NCBI GenBank assembly: GCA_030390025.1
Contig: JASTWF010000337.1
Coordinates: forward strand, 496,001 to 525,409
Length of the DNA: 29,409 bases
Direction of reading: 5' to 3'
DNA from: Squalus acanthias
Lineage: Eukaryota
Shown here: positions 20,319 to 29,409 of the stretch, in pieces
Layout: each line of letters opens with the position of its first letter
How positions within the stretch are numbered: position 1 is the stretch's first letter
The notes under the pieces: model-generated
Told to the model about the DNA's origin: nothing
The model's input: the letters and a program-made list of their open reading frames with translations, nothing else
The model's database searches: none
Position numbers and translations under genes: made by a program

Positions 20319-22442
20319 ACTCACTCACTGTGTGTGGAAATATGCACTGGGCTCCAGCTCACTCACTGTGTGTGGAAATATGCACTGGTCTCCAGCTCAC
20401 TCACTGTGTGTGGAAATATGCACTGGTCTCCAGCTCACTCACTGTGTGTGGAAATATGCACTGGTCTCCAGCTCACTCACTCACTGTGTGTGGAAATATG
20501 CACTGGTCTCCAGCTCACTCACTCACTGTGTGTGGAAATATGCACTGGTCTCCAGCTCACTCACTGTGTGGAAATATGCACTGGTCTCCAGCTCACTCAC
20601 TGTGTGGAAATATGCACTGGTCTCCAGCTCACTCACTCACTGTGTGTGGAAATATGCACTGGTCTCCAGCTCACTCACTGTGTGGAAATATGCACTGGTC
20701 TCCAGCTCACTCACTCACTGTGTGTGGAAATATGCACTGGTCTCCAGCTCACTCACTGTGTGTGGAAATATGCACTGGTCTCCAGCTCACTCACTGTGTG
20801 GAAATATGCACTGGTCTCCAGCTCACTCACTGTGTGTGGAAATATGCACTGGTCTCCAGCTCACTCACTGTGTGGAAATATGCACTGGTCTCCAGCTCAC
20901 TCACTCACTGTGTGTGGAAATATGCACTGGTCTCCAGCTCACTCACTGTGTGGAAATATGCACTGGTCTCCAGCTCACTCACTGTGTGGAAATATGCACT
21001 GGTCTCCAGCTCACTCACTCACTGTGTGTGGAAATATGCACTGGTCTCCAGCTCACTCACTCACTGTGTGTGGAAATATGCACTGGTCTCCAGCTCACTC
21101 ACTCACTGTGTGTGGAAATATGCACTGGTCTCCAGCTCACTCACTGTGTGTGGAAATATGCACTGGTCTCCAGCTCACTCACTGTGTGGAAATATGCACT
21201 GGTCTCCAGCTCACTCACACACTGTGTGTGGAAATATGCACTGGTCTCCAGCTCACTCACACACTGTGTGTGGAAATATGCACTGGTCTCCAGCTCACTC
21301 ACACACTGTGTGTGGAAATATGCACTGGTCTCCAGCTCACTCACTCACTGTGTGTGGAAATATGCACTGGTCTCCAGCTCACTCACTGTGTGTGGAAATA
21401 TGCACTGGTCTCCAGCTCACTCACTGTGTGGAAATATGCACTGGTCTCCAGCTCACTCACTGTGTGGAAATATGCACTGGTCTCCAGCTCACTCACTCAC
21501 TGTGTGTGGAAATATGCACTGGTCTCCAGCTCACTCACTGTGTGTGGAAATATGCACTGGTCTCCAGCTCACTCACTGTGTGTGGAAATATGCACTGGTC
21601 TCCAGCTCACTCACTCACTGTGTGTGGAAATATGCACTGGTCTCCAGCTCACTCACTGTGTGTGGAAATATGCACTGGTCTCCAGCTCACTCACTGTGTG
21701 TGGAAATATGCACTGGTCTCCAGCTCACTCACTCACTGTGTGTGGAAATATGCACTGGTCTCCAGCTCACTCACTGTGTGGAAATATGCACTGGTCTCCA
21801 GCTCACTCACTGTGTGGAAATATGCACTGGTCTCCAGCTCACTCACTGTGTGTGGAAATATGCACTGGTCTCCAGCTCACTCACTGTGTGTGGAAATATG
21901 CACTGGTCTCCAGCTCACTCACTGTGTGGAAATATGCACTGGTCTCCAGCTCACTCACTGTGTGTGGAAATATGCACTGGTCTCCAGCTCACTCACTGTG
22001 TGGAAATATGCACTGGTCTCCAGCTCACTCACTCACTGTGTGTGGAAATATGCACTGGTCTCCAGCTCACTCACTCACTGTGTGTGGAAATATGCACTGG
22101 TCTCCAGCTCACTCACTGTGTGGAAATATGCACTGGTCTCCAGCTCACTCACTCACTGTGTGTGGAAATATGCACTGGTCTCCAGCTCACTCACTGTGTG
22201 TGGAAATATGCACTGGTCTCCAGCTCACTCACTCACTGTGTGTGGAAATATGCACTGGTCTCCAGCTCACTCACTCACTGTGTGTGGAAATATGCACTGG
22301 TCTCCAGCTCACTCACTCACTGTGTGTGGAAATATGCACTGGTCTCCAGCTCACTCAGTGTGTGTGTGGAAATATGCACTGGTCTCCAGCTCACTCACTG
22401 TGTGGAAATATGCACTGGTCTCCAGCTCACTCACTGTGTGTG
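20317..22442. repeat. Right part (roughly 55 units) of the 36/38/42 bp minisatellite, highly homogeneous
   Basis: Seen directly. Length variants come from the number of internal cact and gt repeats; the copy number is estimated from array length divided by unit size. Confidence 0.98.
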
Positions 22443-22930
22443 TCAAAACATTCTGTGTTTCCAGCAGTCTGCTGTGTAAAAAAATCCTAACCTCTCTCCT
22501 GGTGAGAATTTTAAATTGATAATCTGTTGTTCCTGACTCTCACCAGAGGAAATAGTCTGTCCCCATTCAGCTATCAAAACCCTTCACAATTGTAAAAACC
22601 TCTATAGAATTACCTCTTTTCAGTATCTCCTTCCTCCTCATAATTAGAGTTTCTGCTATTATCCTGGTGAGTCTACACTGTAAGTGCGCTACAATTTTAT
22701 TGTCCTTTCCATAATGGGGCTCCCATGCCTATCCACTGCCTTGTACACATTTATCATTACCTCTTTGCTCTTGTAGATTACGCTCCCTTTATAGAACCTA
22801 AAAGGCTATTGAGCTTTTGACGGCTTTCTATCCATCTGCACTTGCACGTTCAAGAAATTACACATTTGGACCCCACCTTCCCAATCTTCAACATCTTTGC
22901 ACCGTGTCTATCCTCCGTTACAAATCCAGA
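22443..22930 (-). mobile_element. Old, degraded CR1 ORF2 C-terminal segment, collinear with 18522-18631 across the minisatellite
   Basis: Minus-strand remnants in CR1 order: GVQMCNFLNV, AVK..LLG, IKGSVIYKSKEVMINVYKA, RLTRII, RGNSIEVFTIVKGFD, RREVRIFFTQ, ending at gaatgttttgacac (WN.LP-like) at the array edge. Confidence 0.75.
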
Positions 22931-23098
22931 CAGCCTCTTGGGTTTAGTGGTGTTAGTCGCTCGCGGAAACAGCCTGGCCATCTTACTTCTTATGAGAGCT
23001 AAGTCACACTGCCTTATATCTGCTGTACAAGAGCAGAACTCGGGGTGTAACCATATTGACCCCTTGAGACCTGAACCTGATATTCGTATCTTTCTTCC

Positions 23099-23584
23099 AC
23101 ATTAATAAACTTGCAGAATGGGCGTAAGTGGCAAATGAACTTCAATATAGCTAAGTGTGAGGTGGTACAATTTGGTAGGACGAGTAAGGAGGCCACGTAG
23201 TGCTTGGATAATAAGTGTCTAAATGGGGTAGAGGAGCAGGGGGATCTGGGGGTACAGATACACAAATCACTAAAAGGAGAGATAAACAAACAAGGCCCTG
23301 AGGTTTATTTCTAGAGGGATAGAATTGAAAAGCAGGGAAGTTATGTTAAACTTGTATGGAACCTTGGTTAGACCACACTTGGAGTACTGTGCACAGTTCT
23401 GGTCTCCATATTTTAAAAAGGATATAGAGGCACTGGAGAAGGAGCAAAAACGATTTACCAGAATGATACCAGAACTGAGAGGTTATACCTATCAGGAAAG
23501 ATTGAATAGGCTGGAACTCTTTTCTATAGAAAAGAGAATACTGAGGGATGAACAAATAGAGGTCTTTAAGATAGGGTAGACATA
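23099..23584 (+). mobile_element. Intermediate-age CR1 LINE, 5' part (interrupted by the minus-strand CR1)
   Basis: INKLAEWA..WQMNFNIAKCEVVQFGR, then KSREVMLNLYGTLVRPHLEYCAQFWSPY..RFTRMIP..EVFK, ending at gatagggtagacata. Contains stops and indels. Confidence 0.9.
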
Positions 23585-26500
23585 TAAACATAAGAAATAG
23601 GAGCAGGAGTAGGCCATTTGGCCCTTCGAGCCTGCCTCACCATTCAATAAGATCATGGCTGATCTTCTACCTCATCTCCACTTTCCTGCACTATCCCCAT
23701 ATCCCTTGATTCCCTTAATATTCAAAAATCTATCTATCTCTGTCTTGAATATACTCAACGACTGAGCCTCCACAGCCCTCTGGGGTAGAGAATTCCAAAG
23801 ATTCACCACCCTCTGAGTGAAGAAATTTCTCCTCATCTCAGTCCTAAACGGCCGACCCCTTATTCTGAGACTGTGACCCCTGGTTCTAGACTCCCCAGCC
23901 AGGGGAAACATCATCCCTGCATCTACCCAGTCAAGTCCTGTAAGAATTTTGTATGTTTCAATGAGATCACCTCTCATTCTTCTAAACTCTAAAGAATATA
24001 GGCCTAGTCTACTCAATCTCTCCTCATAGGACAATCCCCCAAATCCCAGGAACCAGTCTGGTGAACCTTCGTTGCACTCCCTCTATGGCAAGTATATCCT
24101 TCCTTAGGTAAGGAGACCAAAACTGTACACAATACTCCAGGTGTGGTCTCACCAGGGCCCTATATAATTGCAATAAGACGGCTTTACTCTTATACTCAAA
24201 TGCTCTTGTAATAAAGGCCAACATACCATTTGCTTTCCTAATTGCTTGCTGTACCTGCATGTTAACTTTCAGTGATTCGTGTACAAGGACACCCAGGTCC
24301 CTCTGAACACCAACAGTTCCCAATCTCTCTCCATTTAAAAAATACTCTGCTTTTCTATTTTTCCTACCAAAGTGGATAACTTCACATTTCTCCACCTTAT
24401 AATCCATTTGCCATGTTCTTGCCCACTCACTGAGCCTGTCTATATCCCCTTGAAGCCTCCTTGCATCCTCCTCACAACTTACATTCCCACCCAGCTTTGT
24501 ATCATCAGCAAACTTGGATACGTTACATTTGGTCCCCTCATCCAAATCATTGATGTAGATTGTGAATAGCTGAGGCCCAAACACTGATCCTTGCGGTATC
24601 CCACTAGTTACAGCCTGCCAACCCGAAAATGACCTGTTTATTCCTACTCTCTATTTTCTGTCCGTTAACCAATCCTCAATCCATGCTAGTATATTACCCC
24701 CAATCCCATGAGCCCTAATTTTGTTTAATAACCTCTTGTGTGGCACCTTATCGAATGCCTTCTGAAAATCCAAATACACCACATCCACTGGTTCTCCCTT
24801 ATCTATTCTGTTACTTACAATCTCAAAAAATTCTAACAGATTTGTCAAACACGATTTCCCTTTCAGAAATCCATGTTGACTCTGCCCAATCCTATTATTA
24901 TTTTCTAAGTGCCCTGTTACCACGTCATTAATAATAGATTCTAGCATTTTCCCTACTACTGATGTCAGGCTAACTGGTCTGTAGTTCCCCGTTTTCTCTC
25001 TCCCTCATTTCTTAAATAGTGGGGTTACATTTGCCATCTTCCAATCCGCAGGAACCGTTCTAGATTCTATGGAATTTTGGAAAATGACAACCAATGGATC
25101 CACTATCTCTATAGCCATCTCTTTCAAAACCCTAGGATATAGGCCATCAGGACCAGGGGATTTATCGTCTTTCAGTCCCATTAATTTCTCCAGTACTATT
25201 TTTTTACTAATACCAATTTCTTTCAGTTCCTCATTCTCACTAGAGCCTTGGTTCTCCACTATTTCCGGGAAGTTTTTTGTGTCTTCTTCCGTGAAGACAG
25301 ACACAAAGTATTTGTTTAATTTCTCTGCCATTTCCTTATTCCTCATTATAATTTCTCCTGTCTCAGCCTGTAAGGGACCCACATTTACATTCGCTAATCT
25401 TTTCCTTTTTACATACCTACAGAAGCTTTTACAATCTGTTTTTATGTCTCTCATTAGTTTACTCTTATTTTATTTTCCCTTTCTTGATCAATTTCTTGGT
25501 CCTCCTTTGCTGAATTCTAAAATCCTCCCAATCCTCAGGCTTACTACTCTTTTTAGCAACATTATAAGCCTCTTCCTTTGATTTAATACTATCTTTAATT
25601 TCTCTTGTTAGACACAGTTGGACCACTTTTCCTGTGGGGTTTTTGTGCCTTAAAGGAATGTATATTTGTTGTAAATTATGTATTAATTCTTTAAATGCTA
25701 GCCATTGCTTGTTTACCGTCAAACCTTTCAATGTAGTTTCCCAATCTACCTTAGCCAACTCGCCCCTCATACCTACGTAGTTTGCTTTGTTTAGATTTAA
25801 GACCCTAGTTTCGGATTTAACGAAAACACTTTCAAACTCAATATAAAATTCTATCATATTATGGTCACTCTTCCCTAAAGGCTCCTTTACTACAAGGTTA
25901 TTAATTAACCCTTTCTCATTGCACAATACTAGATCTAAAATAGCCTGTTCCCTAGTTGGTTCCTCAACATACTGATCTGGAAAACTATTTTGCATACATT
26001 CCATGAATTCGTCCTCCACACTATTACTGCAAATTTGGTTTGCCCAGTCAAGATGAAGATTAAAGTTCCCCATGATTACTGTATTACCCTTGTTACATGC
26101 GCCTCTAAATTCCTGATTTCTACTCTGTCCTACATTACAACTACTGTTTGGGGGCCTATAAACAACTCCCACCAATATTTTCTGCCCCTTGCTGTTTCTT
26201 AGCTCCACCCAAACTCATTCTACTTCTTGATTTTCAGAGCCAAGATCCTTTCTCTCTACTGTCTTTATCCCATCCTTTATTATCAGGGCTACCCCTCCTC
26301 CTTTTCCATTTTGCCTATCTCTTCTAAAAGTTAAGTATCCTGGAATATTTAGTTACCAACCTTGGCCACTTTGCAACCACGTTTCCGTTATGGTTATTTG
26401 ATCAAACCTGTTAATTTCTATCTGTGCTATTAATTCATCTATTTTGTTGCAAATGCTTCGCGCATTCATATATAGTGCCTTTAGCTTTGACTTATTTCTA

Positions 26501-26654
26501 TTTTTCCCTTGTGTCACCTTAGTCACTGATGCCTTATTACTCTTGTTACTCTCGCTGTCCCTTCCTGATGCACTCTGCTTATTTTTACCCAAAACTCTAC
26601 TCTGCTCTCGAGCCTTGACATTTCTCTCACTGCTCTTAAATTTACTCTTTCCTG
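23585..26654 (-). mobile_element. CR1 LINE with near-complete ORF2 (APE endonuclease + reverse transcriptase), inactivated by frameshifts and stops, 5'-truncated
   Basis: Collinear ORF pieces: LYMNARSICNK..ITETW, GVVYRPP, MGNFN, LDLVL, LGKSDH (APE endonuclease); KSPGPDG, QHGFLKGKSCLTNL, LDFQKAFDKVPH, KFADDTK (RT); 3' UTR and ttatg tail at ~23585. Confidence 0.97.
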
Positions 26655-26975
26655 CATAGAGAAGATGTTTGCACTTGCGAGGGAGACCAGAACATAGGAC
26701 CATAAATGTAAGATAGTCACTAATAAATCCATTAGGGAATTCAGGAGAAACTTTATGCAGAGAGTGGTTAGAATGTGGAACTCGCTACCACAAGGAGTAG
26801 TTGAGGCGAATACCATAGATGAATTCAAGGGGAAGCTCGATAAGCATGAGAGAAAGGAATAGAAGGATCTGTTGATGTGGTTAGAAGAAGAAGGGTGGGA
26901 GGAGGCTCGTGTGGGGCATAAACATTGGCATGGACCAGTCGGCCTGAATTACCTGTTTCTGTGCTGTAAATACTT
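26655..26975 (+). mobile_element. Intermediate-age CR1 LINE, 3' part and 3' UTR (continuation of 23099-23584)
   Basis: Resumes at catagagaagatgttt (D-IEKMF), then REFRRNF..QRVVRMWNSLPQGVVEANTIDEFKGKLDKH, then the terminal motif ..cctgtttctgtgctgtaaat. Confidence 0.9.
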
Positions 26976-27391
26976 TCCAAAGGCCAACTAACTGGACACA
27001 TGGTGCCGGTAAGCTTCATACGAATCGTTAAACAGATTAGTTTTATAGTAAGACGAACATACAGAGCAACATTTATGATCAGATTCACTTAGTTCAATTT
27101 ATCTTTGCATAATGATACAAAATAAGGAACATGCCACACTTCTCCGTATCAGTGGGTCATGTTACTTTACTTAAAGGGTCTTCTAACTATTCTCCAGCAT
27201 TTCTAACCCATTTACTTCAGTGAAGGCCCTCACTGCATTCCCTTCAACCAAACTGCTAGCATGTGGGTCTTTTTTACTTTGTTCCCATCCCCACAGGAAT
27301 TGGAGCTTAGTTTGTGACTCTTCTGTCCAGGGTGTGGCCAAAGCAGCCACTAAACCTGTCACCATGGCCCCTCCTTTGGAACACCAGCTTC

Positions 27392-27743
27392 ACAGGGTAG
27401 ACTCTGGGAGGATGTTTCCCCTGGTTGGGGAGTCTAGAACCAGGGGTCACAGTCTCAGAATAAGGGGTCGGCCATTTAGGACTGAGATGAGGAGAAATTT
27501 CTTCACTCAGAGGGTGGTGCATCTTTGGAATTCTCTACCCCAGAGGGCTGTGGAGGCTCAGTCGTTGAGTATATTCAAGATAGAGATCGATAGATTTCTG
27601 AATATTAAGGGAATCAAGGGATATGGGGATAGTGCAGGAAAGTGGAGATGAGGTAGAAGATCAGCCATGATCTTATTGAATGGCGGAGCAGACTCGAAGG
27701 ACCAAATGGCCGACTCCTGCTCCTATTTCTTATGTTCTTATGT
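27392..27743 (+). mobile_element. Short (~350 bp) 5'-truncated CR1 copy, same subfamily as 23585-26654
   Basis: RVDSGRMFPLVGESRTRGHSLRIRGRPFRTEMRRNFFTQRVV..GKWR*, 3' UTR and tcttatgttcttatgt tail. About 19 mismatches in ~350 nt against the reverse complement of 23580-23931 by manual count. Confidence 0.95.
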
Positions 27744-27744
27744 C

Positions 27745-28300
27745 CCACTCTTCATTTCTCTTCCCAAAATCCATTAACTCTCAGTTATCTGCATTAAAAT
27801 TCATCCAGCAGCAAATTCCAAGATCCTGCTCCTTTGGCCCGTGTCCAAATATACTAGAGACAGACCCCTAGGGTGTATATTTCTAACACTCATCCAATCT
27901 GAGTACCACCCATTTATCCGAACTTCGTGTCCTGCACTTTAGACACATTTCTCAAGTTATAATCCCTGTCCAATTCTCTATGCACGCTGCTACATTTTTC
28001 TGATACCATGCACCTGAATTTCTAACAAGCCTGCTGTGAAACATCTTTATCAAATGTCTTTCAAATCCAATCCAAATCTTCGAAAAAATTCAGAACTCAA
28101 AAAATGCTATTAAATCCATTTATCAGGCATTTCCACAGTCTCTCCGCATCCAAAGGCGATAAGCACACATCATTAACTTTCTTCAGAACTTGGGGACATA
28201 ACTATGTTCCAAATAAGGCCTGTTCAAAAGAATAAATTAGTCTTACCAGGAATTTCTTTGACTTTATTTCAAAAAACTGCTCATTCTATTTTGGCCACAG
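27745..28300 (-). mobile_element. Very old, degraded CR1-like RT fragment
   Basis: Minus-strand remnants in RT order: cctggtaagact (PGNYRP-like), ggaaatgcctgataaat (KSCLTN-like), KTFDK..HSRL, WMNFNADN*ELMDFGKRNEE. Confidence 0.6.
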
Positions 28301-28313
28301 AGACAACAGGTAT

Positions 28314-28612
28314 GGACTCACCCACTGCCCCTCCCCCCCCACTCCGCGGGTCAACGGATCGGGACTGACTCACCCTCTGCCCCTTCCCCCCAGCCCGCCC
28401 ACTCCGTGGGACAACGGATCGGGACTGACACACACACTGCCCCTCTCCCCCCCCCCACTCCGCGGGTCAATGGATTGGGACTGACTCACCCACTGCCCCT
28501 TCCCCCCCACTCCGCGGGTTAATGGATTGGGACTGACTCACCCACTGCCCCTTCCCCCCCACTCCGCGGGTCAACGGATTGGGACTGACTCACCCACTGC
28601 CCCTCCCCACAG
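28314..28612. repeat. GC-rich minisatellite, ~52-60 bp unit gggactgactcacccactgcccct(c)nactccgcgggtcaacggatY, about 5.5 copies
   Basis: Unit starts at ~28361, 28421, 28477, 28529 and 28581, plus a partial copy at 28314. Confidence 0.93.
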
Positions 28613-28877
28613 GCCACTCCACCGGGACCACGGGTATGGAGCAAGCTCTTGGTTAGGACCCTCCGGTGATGTGGAGATGAGACTCCAAACTGGTCCAAAC
28701 TTTGGGAAGTCGCACTACAGGCTGCAAAGACATAGCCGCCCTACTCCTGTCCTGCTTTGTGTGTATCAGTATACACCTTGGGATATATCCTGATGGCGGT
28801 GGCAGCTGCTCTAATGGAGCTAGAGTTGTCATGTGGCTCTGTATCGCGTGCCAGTTCTTCCTTTGCCGTTTACTCAC

Positions 28878-29008
28878 AATGCTGCAATTTTTGGGGTCCA
28901 GGCATTGAAAGTGTCGAGCTACTTGCAGAATGGCTTCTCGTAAATCTGCTACCAACTCAGTCTGTTTAATGTTTTTTGCCTTCAGTGCCTCAGCATCTTC
29001 ATTGTCAC
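28878..29008 (-). CDS. SGSM3: SGSM3 coding exon, 131 nt (phase 1 start, phase 0 end)
   Basis: (G)[43 protein letters not shown], inside ORF 28653-29096. Polypyrimidine tract with ttgacag| acceptor; ATT|gtgagt donor. Matches SGSM3 ..[36 protein letters not shown] as I recall it. Confidence 0.95.
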
Positions 29009-29304
29009 CTGTCAATAAGAGAGTAAGAAAGAGTATGAAAGTAAGCGAGCAAATGAGCGTGAGTGAGCAGTGCAAGTGAAGCACTTCAGTCAACAATTAG
29101 GAAAACAGCACCATCAAAACACAAAAAGGATGTGCCTGGCAGGTCGGTCAATATGCGTCACTTTGCACCCACTCACTCGTCATTACCTCATCAGGAGTCT
29201 TCTCATTAAGTCAGCGAGGTGCTCGGTCACACAGCTCGGAGAATCCTGAACGCTCAATACGTAAATGCACAATCTAGGATGGCATGGAGATGAGAGGCTG
29301 TGGT

Positions 29305-29409
29305 TGGAGGAAGAGGAGGGATAAAGAGAGGGGAGGAGGGGAAGGGAAAGGGGGGGGGGGGAGGAGGGGAAGGGAAACGAGGGGGAGGAGGGGAAGGGAA
29401 AGGGGGGGG
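29305..29409. repeat. Purine/G-run low-complexity repeat (gggaggaggggaagggaaa(g)n), continuing past the window end
   Basis: Seen directly; about 3 imperfect units of ~28-32 bp. Confidence 0.85.

Larger units (their letters stand above)
15260..28877 (-). other. SGSM3: SGSM3 intron (13,618 bp, GT-AG, phase 0), largely CR1 fragments and tandem repeats
   Basis: Donor ATT|gtgagt at 28877 and acceptor cag at 15262-15260. The flanking exons join in frame as KNCSI|ELTPDY, collinear with SGSM3 as I recall it. Confidence 0.92.

Noticed and set aside
18632..22442. CRISPR-like array of ~36 bp repeats next to a reverse transcriptase
   Set aside because: There are no unique spacers and no cas genes. The RT is a CR1 non-LTR element in a vertebrate intron, not a retron, DGR or RT-Cas1.
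1..22442. Hundreds of CACAGTG heptamers as V(D)J recombination signal sequences
   Set aside because: The sequence at 12 and 23 nt spacing matches the ACAAAAACC nonamer at only about 2-4 of 9 positions, and no V, D or J segments are present. The ccaaaaact variant is not at a valid spacing from a heptamer.
20162..22519. 700+ aa ORFs with C/H periodicity (CVEICTGLQLTH) resembling zinc fingers
   Set aside because: All three frames are open because the unit has no stop codon; 38 bp units shift frame; the spacing does not fit C2H2 fingers.
23585..26654. Active autonomous LINE
   Set aside because: ORF2 is broken into at least six pieces, and ORF1 and the 5' UTR are missing.
25069..26659. Plus-strand ORFs (25069-25581, 25990-26202, 26444-26659)
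   Set aside because: They are antisense shadows of CR1 ORF2.
26976..27391. Possible additional exon or element in the unassigned sequence (also 22930-23098 and 15265-15620)
   Set aside because: No recognisable protein, RNA or transposon motif, and the two SGSM3 exons already join without a gap; left unannotated.
28653..29096. 147 aa ORF as a standalone gene
   Set aside because: Only 28878-29008 is bounded by splice sites and resembles SGSM3; the rest is intron read-through, including the polypyrimidine tract.

Overview
This is eukaryotic genomic DNA, most likely from a cartilaginous fish (inferred from the CR1-type LINEs with (TTCTTATG)n tails and the repeat-inflated introns). The whole window lies inside SGSM3, transcribed on the minus strand. 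Two coding exons are present (28878-29008 and 15104-15259). They splice in frame to ...[89 protein letters not shown], which runs into the start of the SH3 domain. The rest is intron: a >15 kb two-monomer (25+21 bp) satellite with multi-kb higher-order duplications, a 2.6 kb C-rich array (G4-forming on the transcribed strand), a 36/38/42 bp minisatellite, a ~52 bp minisatellite, and several CR1 LINE copies of different ages, some nested. The long Cys/Val/Gly-rich and Pro/Thr/His-rich ORFs are repeat artefacts. I see no support for a new protein-coding system. The best leads are: a minisatellite that appears to have arisen from the 3' end of an old CR1 and was then hit by a younger CR1; complementary arrays on either side of an in-frame exon; several independent arrays presenting 5' splice-site-like motifs on the sense strand; and a CR1 with a duplicated 3' terminal motif.
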